Part shown: positions 49,680 to 59,011 of the stretch, piece by piece
How the letters are laid out: every line of letters begins with the position of its first letter
Position numbering within the stretch: position 1 is the first letter of the stretch
Source of the DNA: Phycisphaeraceae bacterium
GTDB taxonomy: Bacteria; Planctomycetota; Phycisphaerae; Phycisphaerales; Phycisphaeraceae
DNA: 64,000 nt
NCBI GenBank assembly: GCA_040222855.1
Contig: JAVKCD010000019.1
Coordinates: forward strand, 230,912 to 294,911
Reading direction: 5' to 3'
Notes under the pieces: generated by a model
The model's database searches: none
The model's input: only the letters and a program-made list of their open reading frames with translations
What the model was told of the DNA's origin: nothing
Translations under genes and position numbers: made by a program

Positions 49680-51050
49680 CTAGGCTGTTTGGCCCGACCG
49701 ATCCTGATCCGGCAACTGCGTCTCGGGCCGAGCTGAGTGAATCGATGTACTGCGGTGGATGATTCTAGCCCCTTTCGTGTTCATGAGATAAGCCCAGACC
49801 CAACCTATGACCACGAACACCTTTGACCGAAAACCCACAAGTACCAGCACGTGGACCAGTGACCATGCCAACCAGGCGAGCAATCCCTTGAGATGTATCC
49901 CGTGCTTGAGGTCGGCAACCGCTTTAGCCTTCCCGATGGTGGCCATCATGCCACGGTCTTTGTAGATGAACTTCTTCCTGTTCTCCGGCGACAATCGTGT
50001 GCCTGACCTGACTTCGTCAGCGATCAACCGGCCGACATACTTGCCCATTTGAATGGCCGCTGGGGCGACTCCGGGTACCGAGGCGCCTTCGTCATCCACG
50101 ACTTGGGCCGCATCACCGATGACGAACACCTCGGGATGATCCTTGATCGACAGGTCTGACTGGACCTTGACCTGACCCCCTCGGTTCCGTTCGATATCGA
50201 GTGCGCCCGTTAGTTCATTGGCCTCGACGCCTGCGGCCCAGATGACGTTGCTGGTCGGGACCTTGTTGTCGCCGATCGTGATCTCTCCGCCGCTTATCTC
50301 GCGCACGCGATGCCCGAGGTGAACCTCAACACCCAGGCGTTCGAGTTGCTCCTGAGCACTATGCGACAGTGATTCGGGCAGAGCGCGCAGCAGACGATCG
50401 CCAGCGTCAACCAGAATCACTCGAGCCGCCCGCGTGTTGACGTTCCGGAAATCTTGAGGAATGGTGACGGCGGCGATCTCCATGATCGCCCCGGCCAGTT
50501 CCACGCCCGTGGGTCCGCCGCCTACCACAACAAACGTCAACCGGTCCTGCCGCCGCTTAGGGTCGGCCTCGCGTTCTGCATCCTCGAACGCCAGCAGTAA
50601 CCTTTGCCGTATCTCCAGGGCATCTTGAGCGTCTTTGAGACCCGGGGCGTGTTCCCGCCATGACTCGTTGCCGAAATAGGTCGTCCGAGCCCCACAAGCC
50701 ACGACGAGATAGTCGTAGTGACCTTCTCCACCATCAAAGATCACCCGCTTGCGGTCAAGGTCTATACCTTCCACCTCGGCCATATAGACTTCAGTGTTCC
50801 GCTGATTTCTGAGGATGTGTCGGATCGGTTGGGCAATATCCGAAGGGGAAAGAGCCGCAGTGGCGACTTGATACAACAGGGGCTGAAACAGGTGATAGTT
50901 TCGACGATCCAGGACCATGACCGTGCAGCGTGACCGTTTCAATGCCTTGGCGACGGCGAGCCCGGCGAAGCCTGCACCGACGACCACCACGGTGGGCTGG
51001 TCATGGGGATTATCACGAAAAAAAGCGTGTTCGTTGTTCTGCCGTTTCAT
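49680..51050 (-). CDS. ndh: Type II NADH:quinone oxidoreductase (NDH-2) family FAD-dependent oxidoreductase
   Basis: VVVVGAGFAGL and VVVGGGPTGVELAG dinucleotide-binding motifs, FQPLLYQVA, GDAA, and C-terminal amphipathic/TM helices. Confidence 0.85.
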   Translation of the reverse strand: MKRQNNEHAFFRDNPHDQPTVVVVGAGFAGLAVAKALKRSRCTVMVLDRRNYHLFQPLLYQVATAALSPSDIAQPIRHILRNQRNTEVYMAEVEGIDLDRKRVIFDGGEGHYDYLVVACGARTTYFGNESWREHAPGLKDAQDALEIRQRLLLAFEDAEREADPKRRQDRLTFVVVGGGPTGVELAGAIMEIAAVTIPQDFRNVNTRAARVILVDAGDRLLRALPESLSHSAQEQLERLGVEVHLGHRVREISGGEITIGDNKVPTSNVIWAAGVEANELTGALDIERNRGGQVKVQSDLSIKDHPEVFVIGDAAQVVDDEGASVPGVAPAAIQMGKYVGRLIADEVRSGTRLSPENRKKFIYKDRGMMATIGKAKAVADLKHGIHLKGLLAWLAWSLVHVLVLVGFRSKVFVVIGWVWAYLMNTKGARIIHRSTSIHSARPETQLPDQDRSGQTA

Positions 51051-51140
51051 GTACGATGCTAGGCTTCATCTCTGATGATTGGGTTCTGACGGTGGAGTCA
51101 TAATCCCACAACCTAGTAAACATCAACTGGAGATTAGCGT

Positions 51141-51347
51141 ATGAGCGAGCAGACAACTACTTGGCCTGATTTGGCCATAGACCTTTATGACCGCCTGACC
51201 GGGCGACAAGCCACTATCAGCTACACCTTTGAGGACATGAACATCAAAGTCCCCAGTGGGACAGGAGACAACGCCCAGCACGCACATTGGATCCTCTCAG
51301 GGACTGTGAAAATTACAACATCAGATGGCATCAACCGCCCAAACTAA
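51141..51347 (+). CDS. Small hypothetical protein (68 aa)
   Basis: ATG start and a balanced, non-repetitive composition, unlike the GC-shadow ORFs. No family was recognised. Confidence 0.4.
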   Translation: MSEQTTTWPDLAIDLYDRLTGRQATISYTFEDMNIKVPSGTGDNAQHAHWILSGTVKITTSDGINRPN

Positions 51348-51572
51348 ATCTGGTCGGCCATCTGCAGGGCACGCTCGAGAGCGTACCGGTGTCCATTCGC
51401 ATGGCCGACCAAGATGTTGTTCTTCGATTACCCCTTTCTTTCAAAGCGGGGCTGAGCCTCCTGCGATCCAAACGTGCTTCGCGTAGGCTCCCGCCACTCG
51501 GGCTCAATCTGAAGCTCCACTGCGGATTCCTTCCGGCCATAGCTCTGAGAATCTGACACTTGGCCGGAACTC

Positions 51573-53063
51573 ATGAATCATCATCGCCCCCAACGCATCT
51601 TCCTGACTGGAGCCACGGGCTACATCGGCGGTCGTCTGGCCCCGCGTCTGCTCGATGCGGGCCATCAGGTCACCTGCCTGGTTCGTGATGCCCGCAAACT
51701 TGTCGAGAGGCCCTGGTCACACCACGCGAATCTGCGGATCATCGAAGGGAATGTGGTCCACACCGACTGGCTCGCTGAGCAGATGGCCGGGCACGACGCG
51801 GCGTATTACCTCGTGCACTCGATGGTCGCGACGGGCGGGAAGTACGCTGAGCACGACAGGAAACTTGCCGAGAGTTTCACCAGGGCTTCGGACATGGCGG
51901 AGCTCAGGCGCATCATCTACTTAGGTGGGCTCGGCGAGCTTGGGACGGGATTGAGCCAGCACCTTCGTTCGAGACGAGAGGTCGAGGACATACTCGCCGC
52001 AGGTGCTGTCCCGCTGACGAGCTTCCGGGCGGCGATGATCATCGGCTCAGGTTCGGCGTCGTTCGAAATCCTGCGTTATCTCGTTGATCGTTTACCTGTG
52101 ATGATTACGCCTCGCTGGGTGCGTACCGAATCGCAGCCGATCGGCATCGCCGACACTCTTCATTACCTGGTGCGTTGCCTCGACGTGCCCGAGACGACCG
52201 GGCAGACGCTGGAGATCGGTGGGCCCACGGTCCATACCTACATCGATCTGATGCAGATCATGGCCAAGGAACTCGGGCTGATGCGGCGCATCATCCTGCC
52301 CGTTCCGGTTCTGACGCCTCGACTTAGTTCGCACTGGATCGGTCTGGTGACGCCAGTCTCATCGCGGCTGGCGCGTCCGCTCGCTGAGGGCCTGCGGAAT
52401 CGTGTGGTGGTCACTAACGACCTTACGGATCAGTTGATGCCGCACGAGCCTCTGAGTGCTGCGGAAGCGATCCGCCGGGCTGTTCGCAAGACCACGCTGG
52501 CCGACGTCGAGACCCGCTGGTCCGCCGCTGGCGTGATCCCTGGCGATCCCGACTGGGCAGGAGGGTCCACACTCGTCGATCGTCGTGAGATCGAAATCAC
52601 GGCTGGCCCTACTGAGGTGTTTACGGCGGTGTGCCGGGTTGGTGGGGGCCACGGCTACTACGCGGCCGACATTCTCTGGAAGATCCGCGGGTGGATGGAC
52701 CAACTCGTAGGCGGACCCGGCCTGCGTCGCGGGCGACGGCACCCCGAAAACGTCGAGTACGGTGAGACCCTGGACTTCTGGCGCGTGATCGATGTCCAGC
52801 ACGACAAGCGGCTCGCGCTGTTTGCCGAGATGAAACTCCCCGGCGAAGCGGGTCTTGAGTTCACCCTCGACCCGATCTCCGAAACGACGACACGACTCAC
52901 CATGACCGCTCGCTTCCGCCCGCGCGGGCTGCCCGGACTCGCCTACTGGTACGCCGTGCTGCCGCTGCACCACATTGTCTTCTCGGGGATGCTGCACGGG
53001 ATGAAGCGGGCGGCGGAAGAACTCAGCAGCCAGCCCCTTCAGCCCAAAACCTCGTCCTCTTGA
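51573..53063 (+). CDS. NAD(P)-binding SDR/epimerase-like protein with a C-terminal DUF2867-like domain
   Basis: RIFLTGATGYIGGRLAPRLL Rossmann motif. The C-terminal ~160 aa (...GGGHGYYAADILWKIRGWMD...WRV...) resemble DUF2867. Confidence 0.8.
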   Translation: MNHHRPQRIFLTGATGYIGGRLAPRLLDAGHQVTCLVRDARKLVERPWSHHANLRIIEGNVVHTDWLAEQMAGHDAAYYLVHSMVATGGKYAEHDRKLAESFTRASDMAELRRIIYLGGLGELGTGLSQHLRSRREVEDILAAGAVPLTSFRAAMIIGSGSASFEILRYLVDRLPVMITPRWVRTESQPIGIADTLHYLVRCLDVPETTGQTLEIGGPTVHTYIDLMQIMAKELGLMRRIILPVPVLTPRLSSHWIGLVTPVSSRLARPLAEGLRNRVVVTNDLTDQLMPHEPLSAAEAIRRAVRKTTLADVETRWSAAGVIPGDPDWAGGSTLVDRREIEITAGPTEVFTAVCRVGGGHGYYAADILWKIRGWMDQLVGGPGLRRGRRHPENVEYGETLDFWRVIDVQHDKRLALFAEMKLPGEAGLEFTLDPISETTTRLTMTARFRPRGLPGLAYWYAVLPLHHIVFSGMLHGMKRAAEELSSQPLQPKTSSS

Positions 53064-53311
53064 AACGTGTCAATCCCGACACGAAATCCACCGGTGAGTC
53101 GTCCATACACGTTGAACAGAACAGCCAGCACCACACCAATAATGAACCCCTGCAATGGCAACTGGATAAGCAGATAACCAAAGCTATTAATCCATCCGTC
53201 CAGATATATCAGCGCATAACCGAAACCAAAAAGCCCTTGCACCAGATGGAGTAGCATCACAAAAACACCACCATCCACCAGAGAGATCCGCCGCAGCTTG
53301 TAGTTGTGCAT
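53039..53311 (-). CDS. Small hydrophobic membrane protein (90 aa), hypothetical
   Basis: Two to three predicted TM stretches (VFVMLLHLVQGLFGFGYALIYL; GFIIGVVLAVLFNVY). It has locally lower GC and a 25-nt convergent overlap with the upstream gene's end. Confidence 0.4.
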   Translation of the reverse strand: MHNYKLRRISLVDGGVFVMLLHLVQGLFGFGYALIYLDGWINSFGYLLIQLPLQGFIIGVVLAVLFNVYGRLTGGFRVGIDTFQEDEVLG

Positions 53312-53343
53312 ACCCTGCTCCTTTCAGACATAAGCCCACAACA

Positions 53344-54006
53344 TCACCCTGCCTCCACCATCATGCGACCTGCCGTGGTCATACCGATACCAAACGAGTC
53401 CTTGCCGTCCTCGATTCTCAGCAGCAACGTGCCCGCGAAGGCATCGCGTTTCTCGATCTGAACATTGACGCCGGGATGGAGTCCGCGACCGGTCAGCCAG
53501 GTCAGGAAGGCCGGGTCATCGCCGAGGATGCGCACCAGCCGGTACGAGCCGACACCACATTCCGAGAGCGCGGTGAGATCGAGGGTCGGGAGTTCGCCGG
53601 AGGACGAGGGGATCGGATCGCCATGGGGATCGTGTGTTGGATGGCCGAGCATCTCGTCCATCCGTTCGAGCATGCGTTCGGAAACGACATGCTCCAGAAG
53701 CTCGGCCTCAGCGTGCACCTCGGACCAGTCGAGTCGCATGACCTCGACGAGGAACAGTTCGACCAGCCGGTGCCTGCGGAGCACGTCCAGCGCCACCGCC
53801 CTGCCCTTATCTGAGAGGCGGACGCCCTGCCGGGCCCGGTAGTCGACGAGCTTGCGATCGGCGAGCTGCTTCATCATCACGGTCGCGGTCCCGGGCGTGA
53901 TGCCCAGACGCTGGGCGAGAGCGCCGGTGGCCACCCGGTCAGAACCCGAGGACTGACCCAGCCCGTAGATCGCCTTGAGATAGTTCTCCGTCGTGCTGGT
54001 CGCCAT
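53344..54006 (-). CDS. DtxR/IdeR/SirR family metal-dependent transcriptional repressor with a C-terminal SH3/FeoA-like domain
   Basis: TENYLKAIYGL..., RRHRLVELFL, HAEAELLEHV and PHGDPIP motifs; 220 aa. Confidence 0.9.
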   Translation of the reverse strand: MATSTTENYLKAIYGLGQSSGSDRVATGALAQRLGITPGTATVMMKQLADRKLVDYRARQGVRLSDKGRAVALDVLRRHRLVELFLVEVMRLDWSEVHAEAELLEHVVSERMLERMDEMLGHPTHDPHGDPIPSSSGELPTLDLTALSECGVGSYRLVRILGDDPAFLTWLTGRGLHPGVNVQIEKRDAFAGTLLLRIEDGKDSFGIGMTTAGRMMVEAG

Positions 54007-54021
54007 GAGGACAGTCTATTT

Positions 54022-54035
54022 TTTGATTAATCAAA
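54022..54035. promoter_or_regulatory. Perfect palindrome TTTGATTAATCAAA (operator candidate 1)
   Basis: Lies 16 nt upstream of the DtxR-family gene start. The same sequence recurs at 54141-54156. Confidence 0.55.
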
Positions 54036-54140
54036 GTCAAGCCTCGGACAAGTGTTCCTAGAATGGAAAAACCATGCCACGCCACGACGATCCGACTTGA
54101 TAAAATATGAAGCATGGGATATGGTTATCCAAACACTTGT

Positions 54141-54156
54141 TTTTGATTAATCAAAA
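54141..54156. promoter_or_regulatory. Perfect 16-bp palindrome TTTTGATTAATCAAAA (operator candidate 2)
   Basis: Lies immediately upstream of the lipoprotein-type start (ATG 54158) of the metal-binding protein. A possible TTGATA(54097-102)-17 bp-TATGGT(54120-125) promoter lies upstream of it. Confidence 0.55.
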
Positions 54157-54157
54157 T

Positions 54158-55138
54158 ATGATCCGATTACTCACCCCCCTGTTGATCCTCTTGTTGACCG
54201 CCTGCGGACCCGCACCGGAGCCGCCCACCTCGACGGGGACCTACCGGATTGTCGCCACCATCGGCATGGTCGCGGACGTCGCCCGGAACATCGCTGGCGA
54301 CCGCGCGGTGGTCGAGAACGTCATTGGCGAAGGCGTTGACCCTCATCTCTACAAGCCATCGCGTGCCGATGTCGCGCGGTTTCAATCCGCCGACGTGGTT
54401 CTCTACAACGGCCTGATGCTCGAAGGGAAGATGGGCGACGTGCTCGTCCGCCTGGCCCGGTCGGGCAAGCCGGTCTACGCCGTCACCGAGAAGCTACTTG
54501 ACAGTAGCAACTACGTGATGACGGATGAAGCGGAGCATCACGACCCTCATGTCTGGATGGATGTGCAAGGCTGGATGCGCGCCGCCGAAGTGATCGCTGA
54601 GGCCCTTTCGGAGTACGACCCACAAGGCAGAGTCGTCTACCAACAGAATCTCGCGGCGTACCTGATCCAACTCCAGGCACTCGACGACTACGCACGCTCA
54701 ACCCTCGCGACGATCCCGGACAATCAGCGTGTTCTCGTGACTGCGCATGACGCCTTCGGCTACCTCGGCCGTGCCTATGGCGTCGTGGTCCTTGGCATCC
54801 AGGGGCTCTCAACCGAATCCGAAGCGGGGCTGCTCGACCTTGAGCGATTGATCCAGCGCATCGTCACGGACAAGATCCCCGCCGTTTTCGTCGAGACCTC
54901 CGTGGCGGACAAGAACGTCCGGGCCTTGGTCGAGGGTGCTCGCGCTGCAGGACACGATGTGCGCATCGGCGGGTCACTCTTCTCTGATGCCATGGGGCAA
55001 AGCGGCACCTACGAGGGCACGTACATCGGCATGATCGATCACAACGTCACTACGATCGCCCGCGCCCTTGGCGGGACCGCCCCGAAACGCGGGCTCAACG
55101 GCCTACTTGCCTCGCAGAAGATCGATCACACGCCATGA
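54158..55138 (+). CDS. Metal ABC transporter substrate-binding lipoprotein (TroA/MntC/ZnuA cluster-9 family)
   Basis: [18 protein letters not shown] lipobox from ATG 54158. Motifs are [24 protein letters not shown] and VFVETS. The track start at 54107 would place the operator inside the coding sequence. Confidence 0.88.
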   Translation: MIRLLTPLLILLLTACGPAPEPPTSTGTYRIVATIGMVADVARNIAGDRAVVENVIGEGVDPHLYKPSRADVARFQSADVVLYNGLMLEGKMGDVLVRLARSGKPVYAVTEKLLDSSNYVMTDEAEHHDPHVWMDVQGWMRAAEVIAEALSEYDPQGRVVYQQNLAAYLIQLQALDDYARSTLATIPDNQRVLVTAHDAFGYLGRAYGVVVLGIQGLSTESEAGLLDLERLIQRIVTDKIPAVFVETSVADKNVRALVEGARAAGHDVRIGGSLFSDAMGQSGTYEGTYIGMIDHNVTTIARALGGTAPKRGLNGLLASQKIDHTP

Positions 55139-55947
55139 GCCCCATCCGATACCACCGCCAGCGATCGCCCGGCGACCATGAGCACGCCGCAGAGAACCCG
55201 CTGGCGATCCACGACCTCACCGTCGCCTACCAGCGCAAACCCGTGCTCTGGGACGTCGATCTCGATATCCCCGAAGGCTCACTTGTCGGCGTCATCGGAC
55301 CCAACGGCGCCGGCAAATCGACACTGCTCAAGGCCTGCCTCGACCTGATCCCGCGAGTCTCCGGGGAGGTCTCGATCTATGGCGAGCCGTATCGAAAGCA
55401 GCGTCACCTCGTTGGTTACGTCCCTCAGCGAGAGTCGGTTGACTGGGACTTCCCGGTCAGCGCGCTCGATGTCGTTGCGATGGGTACCTACGCCCGACTC
55501 GGCTGGTTCCGCAGGGTCGGCAAAGTCCAGAAAGCCGAGGCGCTCGACGCCCTGGAGCGTGTCGGCGTGGCCCACCTCGCGCGCAGGCAGATCAGCCAGC
55601 TCTCAGGCGGTCAGCAGCAGCGCGTCTTCCTCGCCCGTGCGCTCGTCCAACAGGCGCGCCTCTACTTTATGGATGAGCCGTTCGCCGCTGTGGATGCCGC
55701 CACCGAACGTGCGATCGTCGAACTTCTCCGCGAGCTGCGAGCCCAAGGCGGGACCTGTCTGGTGGTTCATCACGACCTGGCCACCGTCGCCCAGTACTTC
55801 GACCACGTTGTGCTGCTGAACATGCGTGTGGTCGCGTCGGGATCGACCCGCGAGGTCTTCACGCCTGAAAACCTGCACAAGACCTATGGCGGGAAGCTGA
55901 CCCTCCTGGACCAGGCCACCGAGGCGGTCCGCGTCGCATCGAGCTGA
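55135..55947 (+). CDS. Metal ABC transporter ATP-binding protein
   Basis: [12 protein letters not shown] Walker [10 protein letters not shown] signature and LYFMDEPF Walker B. Confidence 0.9.
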   Translation: MSPIRYHRQRSPGDHEHAAENPLAIHDLTVAYQRKPVLWDVDLDIPEGSLVGVIGPNGAGKSTLLKACLDLIPRVSGEVSIYGEPYRKQRHLVGYVPQRESVDWDFPVSALDVVAMGTYARLGWFRRVGKVQKAEALDALERVGVAHLARRQISQLSGGQQQRVFLARALVQQARLYFMDEPFAAVDAATERAIVELLRELRAQGGTCLVVHHDLATVAQYFDHVVLLNMRVVASGSTREVFTPENLHKTYGGKLTLLDQATEAVRVASS

Positions 55948-55951
55948 CACC

Positions 55952-57343
55952 ATGACCACCGTGCTCACACAACTCGCCGGGGAGGGTGCCAGCCTCGCCG
56001 ATGCTCTGCGCGTCCTGCTGCTGGAGGATTACAACACCCGACTGGTTGTGCTCTCGACTGCCATGCTCGGGCTCGCTTCCGGCTTCATCGGGTCGTTTCT
56101 CCTGCTGCGCGAACGCTCGCTGATGGGCGATGCATTGTCGCACGCGACACTCCCCGGCATCGGGATCGCCTTCATGCTGATGGTCGTGGCTGGGGGATCG
56201 GGCAAGAATCTGCCGCTGCTGCTCGCCGGGGCCGCGATCTTCGGCGTGCTCGGCGTCGGATTGGTGCTGGCCATCCGTGAGACGACCCGCCTCAAGGACG
56301 ACGCCGCGATGGGCATCGTGCTGTCGGTGTTCTTCGGCGCAGGCGTCGCGATTCTTGGGATGGCTCAGGCCATGCCCGAGGGCTCCGCCGCTGGTCTCGA
56401 ATCGTTTATCTACGGCAAGACCGCGTCGATGGTGCTGGCTGATTTCACGCTGATTGCGGTCGTCGCCATCATCGTGCTCATCGCCTGTCTGTTGATGCTC
56501 AAGGAGTTCACGCTGCTGGCGTTCGATGAAGGCTATGCGGCCGCACAAGGCTGGCCTGTGCGCACGCTCGACATGCTGATGCTCGCTCTGGTCGCCGCGG
56601 TCACCGTCATCGGGCTCCAGGCGGTCGGATTGATCCTGGTGATCGCGTTGCTGATCACACCCGCCGCCGCGGCACGCTTCTGGACGCATGATCTCCGACG
56701 GATGCTACTCATCGCGGGGTTCATCGGTGCCGCCTCCGGCTGGATCGGTGCGTCGCTGAGTGCTCTTGCTCCAAGGATGCCCGCAGGAGCGGTCATTGTG
56801 CTTGTCGCCGCAGGGCTCTTTGCCCTCAGCATGGCCTTCGGGCCAGCGCGAGGCGTGCTGATCCGTGGACTCCGACATCTGCACGTCAAACGCAAAATCG
56901 GCCGCCAGCACCTGCTGCGCGCCGCCTACGAACTACTCGAGTCCAGGCGACACCCCGAGACCGAACTCGTGCACAACACACCGATCGCCGTCGCAGAACT
57001 CCAGACGTACCGATCGTGGTCCCCCAGCGAACTGCGCAGGCTTCTCCGCACTGCGCTATGGGAAGACCACGTTGACCAACTCGATCCGCGCACCATCCGC
57101 CTCTCCGAGTCGGGCTTCGGCGAAGCTGCCCGAATCACCCGCAACCACCGCCTGTGGGAGCTCTTCCTGATCCACTACGCCGACATCGCGCCGTCGCACG
57201 TTGATCGTGACGCCGACATGGTCGAGCACGTCCTGGGACCGGACATCGTCAGGCAGCTCGAAAGCAATCTCGACGGTCCGATTCAGCCCCTCGCCGTGCC
57301 GCCCAGTCCGCACGACCTGAGCGCAGCGGGAGCCACACCATGA
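55952..57343 (+). CDS. ABC-3 family metal transporter permease fused to a C-terminal DtxR-like winged-helix + metal-binding/dimerisation domain
   Basis: An N-terminal ~300 aa polytopic ABC-3 permease. The last ~159 aa read ...LRAAYELLE...ELRRLL...LSESGFGEAARITRNHRLWELFL...SHVDRDADMVEHVLGP..., which parallels RRHRLVELFL...HAEAELLEHV of the adjacent repressor. Confidence 0.85.
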   Translation: MTTVLTQLAGEGASLADALRVLLLEDYNTRLVVLSTAMLGLASGFIGSFLLLRERSLMGDALSHATLPGIGIAFMLMVVAGGSGKNLPLLLAGAAIFGVLGVGLVLAIRETTRLKDDAAMGIVLSVFFGAGVAILGMAQAMPEGSAAGLESFIYGKTASMVLADFTLIAVVAIIVLIACLLMLKEFTLLAFDEGYAAAQGWPVRTLDMLMLALVAAVTVIGLQAVGLILVIALLITPAAAARFWTHDLRRMLLIAGFIGAASGWIGASLSALAPRMPAGAVIVLVAAGLFALSMAFGPARGVLIRGLRHLHVKRKIGRQHLLRAAYELLESRRHPETELVHNTPIAVAELQTYRSWSPSELRRLLRTALWEDHVDQLDPRTIRLSESGFGEAARITRNHRLWELFLIHYADIAPSHVDRDADMVEHVLGPDIVRQLESNLDGPIQPLAVPPSPHDLSAAGATP

Positions 57344-58272
57344 TTGAGTGGATGCCCCTCGATACCTGGATCGTGGTCGTCGGAGCGCTCTGCGCTATGG
57401 CGTGTGCGCTGCCCGGATGTTTCCTGCTGCTCCGACAGATGAGCATGATGGGCGACGCCATCAGCCACGCGGTGCTCCCCGGACTCGCTGTTGCTTTCCT
57501 GGTCTCCGGAAGCCGATCGAGCTTCGGGATGTTCGTCGGGGCGGCCATTGTCGGCGTGCTCACCGCCCTGTTCACACAGTGGGTCTCGCGGTTCGGCCAG
57601 GTTGATCGTGGAGCCTCCATGGGCGTGGTGTTTACGACGCTCTTTGCGATCGGGCTCCTGATTCTTGTCCAGGCCGCCGACAAGGTCGATCTCGACCCAG
57701 GTTGTGTTCTCTACGGTGCCATCGAGTTCACACCCCTTGACACGGTTGCGATTTTTGGCTTCGACATCCCCCGTGCCGCCGCCGTGCTGGCGAGTGTTCT
57801 GGTCATCAACCTGGCCGTCGTCCTCCTGCTCTTCAAGGAGCTACGCCTGAGCGCCTTCGACCCTGAACTCGCGACCACCGTGGGCGTCAACGCCACAGCC
57901 ATGCACTACCTGCTGATGACCCTCACCGCCATCACGACCGTCGCGTCCTTCGAGGCCGTGGGCAGCATCATCGTCATTGCGATGCTCATCGTCCCCCCCG
58001 CCACGGCCTTCCTGCTCACCCGTTCGCTTCCTGCGATGCTGATCATCAGCCTGATCACCGCCGCCGTCAGCGCGTGGCTCGGTCATGTCATGGCCCTCAC
58101 CGTCCCCACCTGGTTCGGCTTCGAGGGCACTTCCACAGCAGGCATGATGGCACTCGCCGCGGGCCTTCTGTTCCTCGCCGCCTGGGTCTTGGCGCCCTCG
58201 GATGGACTGCTCAGCAGACTCCGCCAGAACCACCGGAGCCTCCGGACCCCCGACTTTCCGACTACCGGATAA
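57340..58272 (+). CDS. ABC-3 family metal transporter permease
   Basis: Polytopic protein with MMGDAISHAVLPGLA, the canonical ABC-3 motif; 4-nt overlap with the upstream gene. Confidence 0.9.
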   Translation: MIEWMPLDTWIVVVGALCAMACALPGCFLLLRQMSMMGDAISHAVLPGLAVAFLVSGSRSSFGMFVGAAIVGVLTALFTQWVSRFGQVDRGASMGVVFTTLFAIGLLILVQAADKVDLDPGCVLYGAIEFTPLDTVAIFGFDIPRAAAVLASVLVINLAVVLLLFKELRLSAFDPELATTVGVNATAMHYLLMTLTAITTVASFEAVGSIIVIAMLIVPPATAFLLTRSLPAMLIISLITAAVSAWLGHVMALTVPTWFGFEGTSTAGMMALAAGLLFLAAWVLAPSDGLLSRLRQNHRSLRTPDFPTTG

Positions 58273-58324
58273 GGATTCACCCTCAGTCCCACACGGCGTG
58301 CCGCTTTGGTGATAGAAACAGGTC

Positions 58325-58888
58325 ATGGAATTTGCCTGGTACCTGCCGCTGCTAATCTTCTTTGCTCGCATCGCCGACGTCTCCCTCGGGACCGTCCGGA
58401 TGATCTTGGTCATCTCCGGCAGACGATGGATTGCCGGTTTCATCGGTTTTGTCGAGGTCACAATCTGGGCCCTGGCCATCGGCGGGCTCGTCGCCAACCT
58501 GTCCAACCCGATCATCCTTGTGTTCTACGCCAGCGGCTTTGCAGCGGGCACGGTTCTGGGTATCTACATTGAGGAGTGGATCGCTCTGGGCGTCCGCCTG
58601 GTTCGCATCATCAACCGCGAACCGAGCATCAACCTCTGCCGTGAACTCAGGAAACACGGCTACAGGGTCACTCGCGTCGAGGGCACCGGCAAGGACGGTC
58701 CCGTCGAGATCGGCTTCTCCCTGGTTAATCGCTCTGAGCTGCCAACCTTCCAGAGACTCGTCTACAGCATCACCCCCGACGCCTGGATGTCCATCGAACG
58801 CGCCGAACACGCCTCCGCCACACCCTCCGGTTCAGAAGCCAACCATCATCGATTCAGGCTGTTTGGGCTGGGGGCAGTGAGGAAATAA
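58325..58888 (+). CDS. UPF0316 / DUF2179-domain membrane protein
   Basis: IFFARIADVSLGTVRMILVISGRRWIAGFIGFVEVTIWALAI N-terminal TM pattern plus a C-terminal GYRVTRVEGTGKDGP DUF2179-like domain. Confidence 0.8.
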   Translation: MEFAWYLPLLIFFARIADVSLGTVRMILVISGRRWIAGFIGFVEVTIWALAIGGLVANLSNPIILVFYASGFAAGTVLGIYIEEWIALGVRLVRIINREPSINLCRELRKHGYRVTRVEGTGKDGPVEIGFSLVNRSELPTFQRLVYSITPDAWMSIERAEHASATPSGSEANHHRFRLFGLGAVRK

Positions 58889-59011
58889 CGCCTGCAGCCC
58901 CAGAGGCCCCCTCGTTTGGCCGGATCAGGCTATTCCACTAGAATACTCGGTCCGCTGGCGCAATCCGTGCGCCCGCCCTGGGACGGCACCTGTCCCACAT
59001 TGGAGCCGCGG

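Noticed and set aside
54107-54157. Upstream ATG (54107) as the start of the metal-binding protein
   Set aside because: The 17 extra residues (MKHGIWLSKHLFLINQN) precede a textbook lipoprotein signal starting at ATG 54158. They would also place the 16-bp operator palindrome inside the coding region, so I preferred the downstream start.
55859-56689. 276-aa minus-strand ORF across the ABC ATPase/permease junction
   Set aside because: The translation is charged low complexity (Arg/Asp/Glu/His/Gln) lying opposite well-supported transporter genes.
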